In this document: in pieces, positions 1 to 15,180 of the stretch
Position numbering within the stretch: the first letter of the stretch is position 1
Layout: each line of letters starts with the position of its first letter
Assembly (NCBI GenBank): GCA_964016885.1
Contig: OZ024740.1
Location: 403,248,001-403,312,000, forward strand
Length of the DNA: 64,000 nt
From: Eledone cirrhosa
Lineage: Eukaryota
Direction of reading: 5' to 3'
Position numbers and translations under genes: made by a program
The notes under the pieces: generated by a model
The model's input: only the letters and a program-made list of their open reading frames with translations
The model's database searches: none
Told to the model about the DNA's origin: nothing

Positions 1-162
1 TATACCAAAGTAACGATAGAACTAATCAGGTTGAGAAAAAAAATATATATATATATATATCAGGTTGAGAAAAATAAAATATATATATATATATCAGGTT
101 GAGAAAAAAAAAATATATATATATATGCAGATTCCGGCGGTTATATATATATATATATATAT

Positions 163-177
163 ATACTTAAATATATA

Positions 178-257
<80 letters not shown>

Positions 258-321
258 CATTAGAACAGGAAACAAGGAAATAGAAACTAAGAACTAGAGC
301 TATAAATTTTACTTAGATTCA

Positions 322-378
<57 letters not shown>

Positions 379-463
379 CTGAATCTAAGTAAAATTTATA
401 CCTCTATTTCTTAGTTTCTATTTCCTTGTTTCCTGTTCTAATGCATTCTATATATTTAAGTAT
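163..463. repeat. Fold-back inverted repeat with (TA)n in its centre
   Basis: 251-325 is the near-perfect reverse complement of 376-450; 163-180 pairs with 446-463; (TA)n lies between the arms and splits the left arm. Confidence 0.85.
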
Positions 464-689
464 CATATTTGCGTTCTTACATATGTCTGTCTCTTGTGTT
501 GTAATTTGTGTCTGTGCATAAATTTTTGCAGCTTTCTTTTATACAACGTGTCGGTTATTTTCTGTTCATTTAATACAACTAAATAGATTTCATCAACTTG
601 TATACAGCTTCACATACTCTCTGTATATATATTTTTATTATTTTACTTTTTATTTTATTTATAGTTGCCAGTAAAGAAATAATTATTTT

Positions 690-850
690 ACTTCCATTTA
701 CTAGCTCCACTTTTTAGACTGCGGCCATGCTGGCTTCCTGCCTTAAAAGAATTTAGATGATCATGTCAAACCCAGTACTTATTTATTCCAAGACTACTTC
801 TTACATTTCGACCTTTATTTTGTGGAATCACTAACTTATGAGATATAGAG
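690..850 (-). mobile_element. Degenerate SINE 3' part (GCATGGCCGCAGTC-type tail)
   Basis: agactgcggccatgctgg motif; related tail at 22935-22992 (+). Confidence 0.5.
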
Positions 851-1139
851 ACAAACAGTGAGAAGGGGAGAGGGAGAGAGAGAGGGAGAGAGAGAGAGAG
901 AGGCGGAGAGAGAGGGGGAGAGGCTTCTACGCCTTTAACATTGTAACGATCTAAATTCCTCATTATATATGTAGTCTTGAGTGTGTGATCAGCCAACTTT
1001 GGACATGCATTGCCACCGAAACCACATGGGAAGGGCCTAAAAAAGGTGACCTAGACAAAGCCTGTTCAGTTATCAAACTTCCCAGCAGCCTGCAGTTGGA
1101 GGTGGTTCATAATAGCAGGGCAAAAACCAAGAGATACTA

Positions 1140-2275
1140 CAAAAAAAGTACAGATTGAATGTCGTTACTTGGAATATAAGGACACTTCTTGACCGCAAGG
1201 GCTCCAGTAATCCTGAACGACGAACTGGTTTGATAGCAAAAGAAATGTCTCGGTATAGTATTGACATAGCTGCACTCTCTGAAACACGGCTGGGTGGTGA
1301 AGATCAGTTGACAGAATCCGGGGTGGGTTACACATTTTTCTTGAAGTGCAAGCTCGAGGGAGGAAAATATGAGTGATGTGTAGACTTTGCCATAAGAGCT
1401 GAGCTAGCCAGCCATCTGGGCTAACCCTATGGTGTTAGTGATAGAATCGTAGTCCTCCGAGTTTCCTTACTACACAGCCGTTCTTTGGCTATATTTTCCG
1501 TTCATATTCCGACTCTCTTCAATAACGAAGAATCCATAATGGCATTTTATCAAGATATTCGATCTGTCATTGTCAAAGTTCCAAAAGCAGGCAAGATCCT
1601 TCTCCTTTGTGACTTTAACGCCAGGTTTGGTAGGGATTTCGAGAATTGGGAAGCATTGGGGAAGTAAGACCTTGGAAACATGAAGACAATGGATTGTACC
1701 TTCTTCAGCTCTGCACTGAATTTGAACTCGCCATTTGCAACTTCTTTTTCCACAGGAAGGACGCTCATAAGGCTACTTGGATTCACTCAAGATCAAGATC
1801 CAAATATAGGTATATTCTTGACTATGTCATCTGTTGTAAACGAGACTTTCAGAATACCTGCATGGTTTGGGACGTGGATGGTGCTAAGTGTGGGACAGAC
1901 CATAGTCTAGTACATGACAAAATGGAATTCCACATCAAACATAAAATAATATCTAATGGGTCAAGGCTTCCTGGGCGTGAAGAGGGTTCGAGATTGCAGA
2001 TTCCGGTGGTTCGTGAAAAAGCTGTTGACAGCACATGGGATCAGTTTAAAACCGCGATCTACAACACTAGTGCTGAAGTCCTATGTCTCAGGAAGAAGGA
2101 TCATCGTGACTTGTTTGACAAAAATGATTCTCACGTCAACCAGCTATTGAAGGCAAAAAATGTTCATCAAAAGTTTTTGATTGCTTCAGATAAAAGCCAT
2201 TCCACCCTGCTTCAGTCTTTCAAGAATGCAAAATCACTGCTCTAGCGCAGAATCCGTCACATGATAAATGAATGG
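1140..2275 (+). pseudogene. RTE-clade (BovB-like) LINE fragment, APE endonuclease region, decayed
   Basis: TWNIRTLLDR..PERRT..IDIAALSETR, DFNAR, ILDYVI and TDHSLV motifs spread over frameshifted ORFs 1155-1376, 1485-1667 and 1646-2245. Confidence 0.85.
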
Positions 2276-2800
2276 TTATGCTCTGTTGCACTTCTTTGAG
2301 GCCTGAATTCTGCCTGTTCTTCTGCTAGATTTCTTCTGCCTTTCCTTTAAGTCTGTTTAGAAGAACTCATAACAGTACTTTGCTGGGATGGCTAATTAAG
2401 CTGATTGTTCTGTAGCTCTGGTAGAGTCTTAAGTTTCCTTTTTTGGGAAGCAGTATCATCAGTTACTGGGTCCACTCCTTTAGTCACTTCTGTATTTTCC
2501 ATATCTTCTGACAGGTAACTGCCAGTGCATTAAAAAGTTTTGGCTCTCTTTAGATTTATGGAATGTTATCGACTCTAGGGGATTTACCATCTTTAAGCGT
2601 GTGCACTACCCCTTAGACTTCCACCTGGATAATTGGAATATCCTCAATTTCATTGTTGCTGTTGGCCATGTTGTCCAGGATGTTGATGTGATATCTGAGT
2701 TGGTGGTTATAAATGTCTTCGTAATGCTCAGACCATCGTCTGTGAGGGGCAAGCCAGTTTTGTCCTCAATAGCATTCAGGGGTGTATTTTCTTAAGAAAG
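2276..2800 (-). pseudogene. RTE-clade LINE reverse transcriptase fragment, opposite orientation
   Basis: Minus-strand translation LPKKGNL..YRTISLISHPSKVLL..AEEQAEFRPQRSATE with stops. Confidence 0.75.
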
Positions 2801-3020
2801 ATTGATGTTTCTCGATGTGGATGTCATTGTCATTGTTGTTGTTGCCCCAGTTGCATAATCAACTTTACCCTGGGAAATAGCAGTGGAGAGCGCAGTCACT
2901 GTTTTTCTGGGCCTCGACCGATCCGGCATGTTATTTGACTGTCTATCATGGCATTTTAGTGGGCCTTATAATTCTTGCGGTGCCATTCTCCTCTTCAAGC
3001 TTCAAGTCCCTCATATATAA

Positions 3021-3228
<208 letters not shown>

Positions 3229-3403
3229 TAAGTACCACTTCTTTACAAAAGCGGGCAATCTCTTCAACGAATTCCTTCCCTGCTATTACGAACTTGCGCT
3301 ACACACGTAGCACCCACTCAGTCGCCGCAGCTGTTTCCAGTGACAAGCCAAGGAAAGATAACAGGACAGTCATGAGGATCGCAGGTGTTATTTTCATAGG
3401 GTT

Positions 3404-3453
<50 letters not shown>

Positions 3454-3459
<6 letters not shown>

Positions 3460-3842
3460 AGAAGAAGTTTATGAAACGGAAATGCGGGTATAAAGAATTT
3501 ATTAGGTAACAATTGTTTCTATAGTGTATGGGTTACCTATACCTCGCTATTTGAATAATATAAAAACAAAAGTCCGACGACATGGTGTGGTTTCTTACAG
3601 TGTACCTACGATTTATGATAATATTTTTATATTATTCAAATAGCGAGGTATAGGTAACCCATACACTATAGAAACAATTGTTACCTAATTAATTCTTTAT
3701 ACCCGCATTTCTGTTTCATAAACTTCTTCTCCATATTTTCTCTGGATTTTAAAACACACTTTATTATACGTTGAGCAATCTCCGACGTCGGTTGACTCCA
3801 TCCAATGCGACTACTTAGTAACATTGGAATACAAATTTACTA

Positions 3843-3847
<5 letters not shown>
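3454..3847. repeat. Fold-back insertion between (TA)n tracts
   Basis: Arms 3454-3566 and 3624-3736 are near-perfect inverted repeats with a 57-bp spacer; unpaired tail 3737-3847; (TA)n on both sides. Confidence 0.9.
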
Positions 3848-3910
<63 letters not shown>

Positions 3911-6036
3911 TATTATATGTATCTCTCTCTCTCTGTATTATGTATATATATATATGTGTGTGTGTGTTTGTGTTTTTGTGTGTGTTTGTGTATGTGTGTG
4001 TGTACCTCACAATGTTCCCGCTTGTGTGAAAATGCATACTACCATTCAGTTGACAGGTGTGACCAACCATCATGGTCGTTAGTCAGGTATTCACATGTAT
4101 TGTTCCTGGTTATTCGCTAGCTCTTGGTCTTTATAACAGGGCTGAGAAAACCTGAACTGAAGGAAAACAACAAACAAATAAATACCTAACAAATTATAGG
4201 GTTGATGTGACATAAAAGATGGTGTAACTGTGGGTGGAGAAGGAAGGAAATATACGTAGTTTCATAGAGAACGTATAACAATACCATAAACGCAGGTATG
4301 GCTGGATTGTTAAGAAGGTTTCTTCACGTTCACGAGTTTCCTGGTTTGATCCCACTTCAAGCCACTTTGGGCATAACTTTGAGTTTACCAAAACCTTGGA
4401 GTAAAGTTGGGTAGGCGAAAACTGTGTGGACACCGATCGGATAGATTGTATCAAAGCTTCAGCTTTGATACATTTTGTGTCATGCTGGTTTGTATTGAAA
4501 ATTGTATTAAAGGTATATGTGTCAGTGGAATACTAACTCCCTAACACGTTAATTTGCTTGTTGATGAATCAGTTGATCGAACAATTGAACGTCGATCGTC
4601 GAAACCGACAAAGAATCCACGATAATAAAACCGAGGGTTATTTAGGCATATAAAACTGAATTAATTCAAAAAAGGCGAGCATAACCGATATTTTATTCAG
4701 AATCACGAGTTTCTGAGTTGGATCTTACTGTAGTAGTTTATTATATGAATTAACTATGCATGCGGCGTTTCTGTGCATTACAGTTCATCAGTATAGTTTA
4801 ACCAATACTGCTTCCTAGTGCTCATGGAAGAAGGGTTAGGAATATTATTTGGCAGTGTTGGTTAGACTGCTGCCTGCTGATGAGATCTAGTAAACCGAGA
4901 AATACTTTGTTGTCTCTTGCCTACAACGAAAGACTACACTTCCCTTAATTTATCAAATTAACTATGATAAATTCATTTTCCAATTTTTAAAAGTATCTTC
5001 CTTTATTTTTGAAGGACGCTAATAATTGGCCCTAGATTTTTTCCTAAATTTTAATTATGAGGCAAAGATTTACTTTTCTTATATTAGCTCAGACAACAGA
5101 TTATCACCGAAGGGTTATTGGTGTGGTTGACCTTGTCAATTATCTTCCAAGTGTACCCTGATCAAGGTAGGCCTAGGATGAAAGGTTATTCCATCTGCGA
5201 ACATCCCATCCTTTTTGAGACATACATATGCATCTAAAACTATATTATACAGTATTTCTTTCCGTTGTTAAGATGGCATTCTGTGATTTGAATGAGATTT
5301 AACACATTGAATAACCGTATAAAGGTTCCTCTGCCATACGGTACAGCAGAAGAGCCGCTAAAATTTGTGAATTTGGAGGTATAACACTTCGTAGTTTTTA
5401 TATGAGGCAGAAAAAGGAGAGTGAAAATAGGCAAAAATGCATTGAATTGAATTCAATATTTCTATATTGAGTTCAAATCCTCCCAATGTTTAATTTATTT
5501 CCATACTCACGTATCGATAAAAGAAGCATCAATTTCAATCCATTATATCGATTCAATCGAATATATCGATCGCTTTTAGTAAATGACATTGTATTTAGTT
5601 ATAAGAAAACATTAGTGCTAGATTATGAGAGTTATTTAGAGAGGGGGATATAGATTTTGAAAAGGAAAAGGTATGAGAAAGAGACAGAAAGAGAAAACAA
5701 AGTAGGAGGAAAGGGAGGAAATGATGCATCAATATATGATTAAATGATATTCTAAATAAGACTACGGGTTTTGAATAATATATTAAAGAATATTAGGCTT
5801 ATACGATCTACATAAATGGTGGCACATATTCGATAGTTGCATTCTAATCGTAAGAGTTATGAATTGCATTAATCATAAGAGAGGTTCAATGACTAGATTG
5901 AGAATTCAGTAGATGTTTTGTGTTCACGTGTGGACTGCTTCATTGGCTGGTGGTAGCATTAGTTACTTCATTAGCCTTTCAATGAGACTTCTCTCTTTTT
6001 GCTGCTTCATTGGTTCTGGTTAACTTGTTAGGTGTG

Positions 6037-6095
<59 letters not shown>

Positions 6096-6504
6096 TGTCC
6101 GTTTTCTTTGTTGATTGATTTATATTGTTGATTTGTTGGCTGGCTGGTTGACTGGTTGAATAGTTAACTAGTTATTACATTTGTTGGCTACAGAGATTGT
6201 AATTTCTTTGCTGTTTATATTTTTGTGGAAGGTGGGGATTTGTGAGATGTTTGGTTAACTCCGTAACAGTTTGAGTGCATTTGATAGCGGTAAATTGCTT
6301 GTGTTGCTTTGATCTATTCATTGTTTCGTTTATTTATTTGTTGGTTACACGCAAAATTAACAGTCAACACTTTCATATTCGTGTTAAACATTCCTCTTTC
6401 CTCTTCAGGAATGATGAGTTACAATGTTGAATTAGCTAATCATTCCGCAATATATGCGTGTATGAAGGTTTAAAAATACATGTAATATATCTTACATTTG
6501 TTAA

Positions 6505-6729
6505 CCCTTTAGCATTTACATTATTCTATATATATATTATTGTATTTTCACGGTAAAGGCTTTATCTTACACAATATCTCACATACATAATATAGAATCT
6601 ATGAGATTTGGATATTATTTTGTAGAGAACAATACCTTAACATCAGTATGAGTTGCCAGTTACGGCCTGTTTGAACAGAAAGAGGTTAGAGAATTCTGGC
6701 CGGATACGGACGGTTTAAATGCTAAAGGG
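6505..6729. mobile_element. piggyBac-like MITE
   Basis: TIRs CCCTTTAGCATTTA / TAAATGCTAAAGGG with TTAA on both sides (6501-6504, 6730-6733). Confidence 0.8.
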
Positions 6730-6811
6730 TTAAATAATTGAGGATAGCTGAAAAATGAATCTATTAGTCTTGCTTGACAAAGATAAATGCTGTGAGTTAT
6801 CCAAATAAGTT

Positions 6812-6996
6812 ATAATTGTTTCTACTTTGGGCACAAGGCCAGTAAATTACCCAGTGCATTACTGGTACTTTATTTTATCGACCCCGTAAGGATGAAAGGC
6901 AAAATTAACCTCGGCTGGATTTGAACTCAGAATGGCAAGGGCCGTAACTCTATGCGTCAAAGCATGGCTTCCGACCGATACTAGCAATCCACCGCC
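6812..6996 (-). mobile_element. tRNA-derived SINE, family 1 (Deu/Nin-like central domain)
   Basis: Minus strand: GGCGGTGGATTG head, B-box GAGTTCAAATCC, GCCTTTCATCC..GGGTCGATAAAATAAAGTACCAG core; many copies in the window. Confidence 0.8.
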
Positions 6997-8155
6997 AGTT
7001 ATAATGTTATATAATATGTTTCTTTAACGAGTACAATGTCGGGGGGAGTTCAAACTCTAAGGATGCGGTGATATTTTGTAGAGTGCCTTTAAATCAAATT
7101 AATAAATTGATTAGTGGATCATCTGCTGCAAAACATTTTTGTTGTGGTTTTGGCAGCAGATAGAGGCAGTGTCCTTGACATTCACAGATCCTCCGAACTT
7201 CTTGAAATAGATATGGTTGATATTCGATTTGAACAACTGTAAACCTACTTCTGCATGAAAACATGGAGAGGGAATTCCAGAATGTGAATCCCATTTTCGT
7301 CTTTCTTAAACGAATACGAGTAGAATGCGTTTTGTAAAGGCTCAACACAGTTTCGATAGAGGGTTGCGAATATATAATTAACTATTGTGTCTCTTAATAA
7401 TAGTCAATTAAAAGATAATTTGAGCTTCGGACAGGTTAATCATATGCATTTGGACTGGATTCGATATAACTTCCCAATTCTGAATCACATAAATCAGATA
7501 TTCCGCTTGTAAAATATTGATTTTAACATTTCATTAACTGAAATTAAATCTACAATGAGAAGCTTCATTTGTTAATGAATATTTACTCTCACGAAAGGTA
7601 AAGAACTACAAACATTTCAATAGAGTTAAAATTAAGTAAATACACTACTAAGGCAATTTAAAATGACATTGAAAAATATTCCAAGTATTCCTTCTGCATA
7701 AAGAATATATCATTAAATGCCGAATACCATACTTGACGTTGTGAACTAAAAATACTGTTTAATTTATTGGAGTTAATTATACTTAGTGAAAGGAAAATAT
7801 TGTATAGTTTTCTCAAGACTAGATGTGATAAGTTACCAAATGAAGCATGAATATTTTTCTTAATGTACGCCTATACTAGGCAAATTATGCTGTATTGTTA
7901 ACTTATGTTAATACTACTCAACATTTCACGACTGGCTATCTTTCTAAGCTTCTTTTTTATTACTTATAGGCTGAGATAACACAATATAAAACGTGTTGTA
8001 ATCAATTCAGACAAGATTCAATAAAACGCTTGTAGTTTCCCACTGATTGTTGAATTACAATTCTATACTGTATGATGTATATGACTAACAGTATTGACTA
8101 ACAGCTTGTAGAAGTTGTTCTTATCCCTGGATATTCAAAACTGAAAACCAAAGTT

Positions 8156-8360
8156 GATGGTGGATTGGCAGAGTCGTTAGAGTGTCGGACAAAATGTTTG
8201 AAAGCATTTAGATACGGCCATTTACGTTCTGAGTTTACCTTTGACTTTTGGCTTACTGAGGTCGATAAAATAAAATACCGGTCACGTACTGAGGTCGAGA
8301 TAATCGACTTTTTTCTTCCCATAAGTTTCTGGCCTTCTGCCTAAATAAGAAAATATTATA
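8156..8360 (+). mobile_element. SINE family 1, diverged copy
   Basis: ggtggattggcagagtcg..ctgagtt..gaggtcgataaaataaaatacc. Confidence 0.7.
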
Positions 8361-9260
8361 TTACATTTGTGAGACCTTAGCGTATTTCAGAAATATTTGT
8401 GCATAAATTTATTTAAGAAACTGTCTTAGATTATCAACAACAGCAGAATAAAATACTAACCACTACTACAAAAGTTCGAATTCAATCAATTCCAGATGGC
8501 GGACTTTTTCTCATCATTCGTTGTTCTTAATAAAAAAAATCTTGATAGAATCTGAGTATTCTTTCTGCTATTACCTAAATCTTGTTATTATATTTTGTGT
8601 GGGGAAAAGTAGAAATATAGATAAAATACTTATGTTTATAGCCGAGTAAAAAGAAGATTGTCTTCAGATTGATATATTCGAAGTAACAGATATTATTTTA
8701 TTTTTCTCCACCAGAAAGTATACTGCTCCATAATTGGGTTATAGAGTCACGACAGGTGCTGCATCTGAAGAGTTGGTTCACCAATGGCACACACACTATT
8801 GTCTAGATTATATACAATCGACTGTCTTCAGCACAGTTACTGTTTATCAAATTTCCTTTGGAATAATTTGGTCGACTTTAAGCTATAATAGAGGACACGT
8901 GCCTAACGTACTGCGTTGTAAGAACAAAGTATGAACCATGGGAATCCGAAACAATCTTTTTAATCACCGTCTTTCTCAATTTCTCAATTAGTAACATATA
9001 ATAATAACACAGAATTTATTATGGAATATAAATGAATTTAAGACTGAATCAAACTTAACCACAAATTTAACTCGTTGCGTAAACAACCTTGTTAGATATT
9101 ATCACAAACACACCTGGCATAGCTTTGTGGTTTTATATTGATTTACGCATTCAACCCTTCTCGTATTGAATAGCCGTGAGAATCATCCATAAACTATCAA
9201 TAGTAATTTATTCTCCATAAAGGTTATAATATCTCTATTATAAAGTATCAAAGATCTTAC

Positions 9261-11000
9261 ACTAACCCTACCCCTAACTCTAACGCTAAACCTAGCCATA
9301 GCACTAACCCTAACCCTAACAGTTGCGATTGCAGTGAGAAATATTCTACCCCCTACTCCTTTGCGGTTAGGATTAGAAATATGTTATCTCCCATTTCCTT
9401 GTGGTTAGGGTCAGAGTCAAGGTCAGGGACAAAGATTGAGTCAGGTTAGGGATAGGAGATAGTGTTAGGTTTAAGGATAGAGTTAGTGTTAAAGTTAAGG
9501 GATAGGATTAGGTTTAAGATTCGGATTATTTGATTATGGTTAGGGTTCGGGTTAGGGCTAGGTTTAAAGATAAGGGTTATGTGTAGGGTTAGAGTTAGGA
9601 TTAGGTTTAATGCTAAGGTTAGGGTTAGGTCTGGAATTATAGTTAAGGTTAAGGTTCGTGTTACCATAAGGGTTACGTTTACTTTTAGGAGATATAGTCA
9701 TGGTTATGTTTAGAGTTAGTATTACAATTAGTGTTAGTGTTAGGATTATGTTAATGTTGGTGTTATGGTTAGGGTTTAAGGTTAGTATTAAGGCTAGTGT
9801 TAGGATTAGGATTTATTTTAGAAATAGATGTTATGTTTATCATTACAGTCATGGTTAATGTTAGGATTAGGTATAGCATTAGGTTTAGTTTTAGGGTTAG
9901 AATTAAGGTTATTGTTAATGTTAGTGTTAATGTTTGGTTTAGGTTAGATTTAGAATTAGGGATAGGTTAAGGGTTAGATTTTAAGATTGTAGTTTGAGTT
10001 TAAGATTAACGTTAAAATTTGAGAAGTTTAGATTTAGGGATAGAATTATTGTTAGGGTTAGAGTTAGAGTTAGGCTTAGTTTTAGATATGTGGTTAAGTT
10101 TACGATTATGTTTATGATTAGTGTTAGTTTTAAGGTTATGGTTAATTTTAGGATTTAGTTTAGTTTGGAAGTTAGTGTTAATGTTAGGGTTAGTGAAAGA
10201 ATTATGTTTAATATTTGGGTAAGTGATAGGTTTAGTTTTTGTATTAGACTTATGTTTAGGTTTAGGGTAAGATTTAAGTTTATGGTTATGGTTATAGTTA
10301 GGTTTATAATTACGGTTAAAGCTAGGATTGGCATTAAGTTTAAGGTTAAATTTAGGCTTAGGGCTTGGGATTGTGGTTACACTCTTTTTTATTATAGTTT
10401 AGGGCTAGCGTAAGTGTTAAATTTAAGGTTAGTTTTACAGTTAAGGTTACGGTTAGTGTTAGGGTAAGGGTTGGGATCAGAGCGTTTTTACTATTATTAG
10501 TTTTAGGGTTATGGTTACGTCTACGGTTAGGGTTAATTTTATTGTGAGGGGTTAGGTTTAGGGTTAGGTTTATGTTTAGGGTTACGTTTAATATTAGGGT
10601 TAGTCTTTAGAGTTAGATTTTTGTGTCGAGTTAGCGGTAGGTTTAAGTTTAGGGTTAGTTTTAGGATTCGGTTAGGTTTAGCATTAGGATTTGTGTTATA
10701 CTTAATGTTAGGGTTAGGGATATGTTTAGACTTAAGGTTAAGGACGTTAATAATGTTTACGGTTATGATTAGAGGTATATTTAAAGATAGGGTTTGGATT
10801 AGGGTTACGGTTACGGTTAGGTTTAGTGTTAGGGTTAGGGTTAGGGTTAGGGTTAGGTTTAGTGTTAGGGTTATATTTAGGTTCAGTATTAGGATTATGT
10901 ATAAGTTTACATTTACGGGTATACTTAGGTTTAGGTTAAGGCTTAGGGTTAGGTTAATGGTTAGGATTAGTGCCGGGTTTAGGGTTAAGGTTAGATTTAC
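9261..11000. repeat. Degenerate interstitial telomere-like array
   Basis: (CCCTAA)-like units at 9261-9320, short spacer, then ~1.6 kb of TTAGGG variants with 6-bp periodicity. Confidence 0.85.
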
Positions 11001-11434
11001 AAAATAAGGTGTATGAATTATAGTTGTCGATAGGAAACGTTTAGAAAAATATTTACTGCAAGGTTTGTGGAATAGAATTAAATGTGGATGAAGAAAATGT
11101 TGGATATACAGTGTTTTGGTTTTGTTGTTGTTACGTTTTTATATATGGTATTTATCAAGCCTTCATCTCGTGAATAGAGTTTTAGTTTCAGTTCTTAACC
11201 CCAAGTTTAGCTTAATCTTGTTTTGTTTGCTATTTGTAAAGCATTTATTAATTAAAAGAAATGGATTCTCGTGTAAAGATAGTGAAAACGATACTCTGTG
11301 ATTCACTTTAAGGATTTATGGACAGTGTTCGTTTCATTTTGGTTTAACACTCGTTTCGCAATTCTAAATCCCAAGACTCAATATTTCCTCGCCTCCGGAC
11401 ATCTGTATATTTACACAGCTTGGTGTCAAGATTA

Positions 11435-12350
<916 letters not shown>

Positions 12351-12907
12351 TTCATTTATCTATAATAAACAGATGATTACAGTTACAGAACCCAATGAGA
12401 TAAAGAAAAGACAACAATAAACATAGTTCATGCATTTCGATGTCGTATACAACCAACCACCCGTCCGTCCACTAAGCCACAATCGTTGGATAACACCATA
12501 ATTATTCGAGCAGTTTTCATAGACTAACCTCCTCAATATATTGTGAAGGTTTGTCTTCTAGCCAGAAGCTATATAATGCAACAATAGTTCACATTTAGCC
12601 GATAATTGTAAAATATCTGTGTTCACTTAATTTGCTTGTTTCAATTATTTAAATGCGTTCCCGGCAACATTGTGTTATATTTTGTCATTCTCAATCCAAG
12701 TTCTATAATCTAACGGCGTAGAAAATCCTCACGGCCACATATTGATAAGTGAAAAGGTGGAGTAACAGGGATGTGTGAAAGAAGAAAGCGTGTGAAAAAG
12801 TAAGGTTAAGAGTATTTATGTAAAGATGGGAGAGAGAACAGTTAAACGAGCTAAGTTTTGTCTCTACAAGTATACTAAGGAACAGCTCACTGTGGCAAAA
12901 TAACAGC

Positions 12908-13168
12908 TTCTTCTTCGCCCACTTATTCCTAAGAGGGTCGTGGGGGCAGAGTGCTCAAACACTTCTTCCAGCGGGTCCTGTCAGAAGCAGCCGTCCCCAA
13001 CTGATCCGGCTGAATACCCAAGCGAGACCAGCCAAGATCATTGATGTTATCCAACCAGCTTTCCCGGGGTCTACCCCTGGGTTTCTTGTCGAGTGGTTTT
13101 ATTCGTAAGATCTGTCCAGTGAATCTTTTCTGAGGCATTCTAACCACATATCCGTAGTACCATAGCTG
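12908..13168 (-). mobile_element. 3' end of an RTE-clade LINE
   Basis: GYVVRMP..KPRGRPRESWLDNI..DRTRW C-terminal motif followed by a (GAA)n-like tail. Confidence 0.75.
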
Positions 13169-13169
13169 T

Positions 13170-14150
13170 GATCTCTCAATTCCATGTCGAGAAAATGTAC
13201 GGAAGAATCGGAGATGGAAGCGGTGAAGATAAGGGCTTGATGAAAAGATTTGACGAAGGAAAGAAAGGAGTCAGGCGCTGTCTACGAAGCAGAGAGGTGG
13301 CACAGCTACAGTCATCGATGTATCAACCGTATAGCTCAGAGGGGGGGGGTCCAGTGTATTGGACGATATCTGGATCTTAACGTGGCCGACAAACACAATG
13401 GCATAGATCGGACCCATTGTTGTTCCCATGGCTACACCGGAGACCTGCTAATAAAGCTCTCCGTGAAAACAAGTACAGCAACGCGGAGAAAAGTGGAAGT
13501 ACTAAGGTAGGGTGTGGAACGTATGTCTAAAAGTGTCGGAGAGCGCGAGACCATTGTCGTGAGGGACAGCGTTGAAGAGAGGTGATGATTAGGGTCTAGA
13601 GAAGGTGAGAGAGGCCAGGAGAGAAGGAGGTTTTGAAAAGTCGAAGAGCAATATTGCTGGTGGATATGAGAGAGGTGGTTTGTGACTAAGTAAGCAAGGA
13701 GGGTGTAAGTATTGTGAGATTAGTTCCCTAGGGAAGTTGCAAGCGGAAACAATAGGACGGCCACGATTGTTGGGGTTGCGTATCTAGGGGAGGAAATATA
13801 TAGTACGTATGTAAGATGTGAGTACCCTACGTTTTGTAGTGGGGATTAAGAGGTAAGAGAGGGATATGAGTTGGTGGATGGTAGAGGACACGAGCTGTTG
13901 GTAGCCTGGAGTGGGTCATTTAAAAGGGTTGTGACGGTAGCTGAAGGCTTCAATACTTTAGAGGTCCACACATCGTACCACTACGGTGCCACATTAATCC
14001 TTGCAACGCCATATGGTGTGGAAAGCTAAGAACTCGGTATGAGTAAGGTTGGTACGACGAGAACGTTTGCAGAAATTGAAATGGATTAAGCTGCACCGAT
14101 GGATGTCGAGGAAGGAGTCGAAATATTGTAGCATTGCGGAATATAGCAAA
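13170..14150 (-). pseudogene. Penelope-like element (Neptune-type) RT fragment, decayed
   Basis: Minus translation gives NNRGRPIVSACNFPRELISQYL, QVSGVAMGTTMGPIYA and YIDD, with stops and frameshifts. Confidence 0.75.
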
Positions 14151-15089
14151 TAATGGAAACTATAATTTTGGACAATCAAAATAATGGACTTTTTTTAACA
14201 GGACGTTATAAAATAGAAGCAATCTTTATTTAACAACATCGTTTTTAGAGGCAATCGTAATATTGATATGATGTCCCATAAAATGAGCACTTCATCTATA
14301 GAAAAGACAGCTACGAAACACTGTTGATTAAACACTTTACCTTGTCTTTTTGTCAAGCAGTGACAAAAAGCTATTGACAAAACGCTTAGCATGTTTTGTT
14401 TTCAGCTCTGCATTAAGAATCGAACTGAAATCAATCCTCTAGCATGTCTCAACAAGCCACCTTTATTTTTTTTCCACTATCATTTATTTAGATATTTGTG
14501 ACGTTTAACGTTTTTGATGGGAAGCAGAAAACGCGGCACTTGTTTTTTTTATATATATTTTCTGTTTTTATTTATTTTCATGTTTATATATTGTTGCTCA
14601 TTTTCCCTGCACAACACATACGAACATGAATTCTCTTCCATATAATATATTAGAAATAAAATCTTTAATTATTCATGCGAATTGGAATAGACAATCCTAT
14701 ATCTGAGTCTATATTTCCTTGTTTCTTTGTGGAAGAGAAATGATTTAAATTTAATGCATGCGTTAGAAACATAAGTGTGTAGACGAAAGTGTGTAGGTGT
14801 AAGTGAATGAGTGTGAGTGAGTGTGGGTGTGTGTGCGTGTGTGTTTGTGTTTTCGCATTTGTATGTCTATAAAAAATAGGAACGATCGTAAGATTGATGT
14901 AAATATTTAAAACGCGACCCAATGTGAGGATTAAACCGCTAATACTCTTTATGTAAGTATGTGTGGTGGGTGTGTGTGTGTGTGTGTGTAAAAAATATGA
15001 ATAGGAGGAAGGCACTATATGTTCTTCGTATTCTTGTTTCAAACATTTTATACGAAGGCGAAGATTTGACACATACTAAATGTTCTTAA

Positions 15090-15130
<41 letters not shown>

Positions 15131-15146
15131 ATATACACACATACAC

Positions 15147-15180
<34 letters not shown>

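Noticed and set aside
3235-3400. Minus-strand frame MKITPAILMTVLLSFLGLSLETAAA, signal-peptide-like
   Set aside because: Stop after 32 codons, no clear splice sites, sits between microsatellites; more likely a TE remnant
4876-4900. CTGATGAG as a hammerhead core (also CTGATGA at 31571)
   Set aside because: No paired stem II or GAAA arm
10165-11007. RV-rich ORFs
   Set aside because: Translation of degenerate TTAGGG repeats
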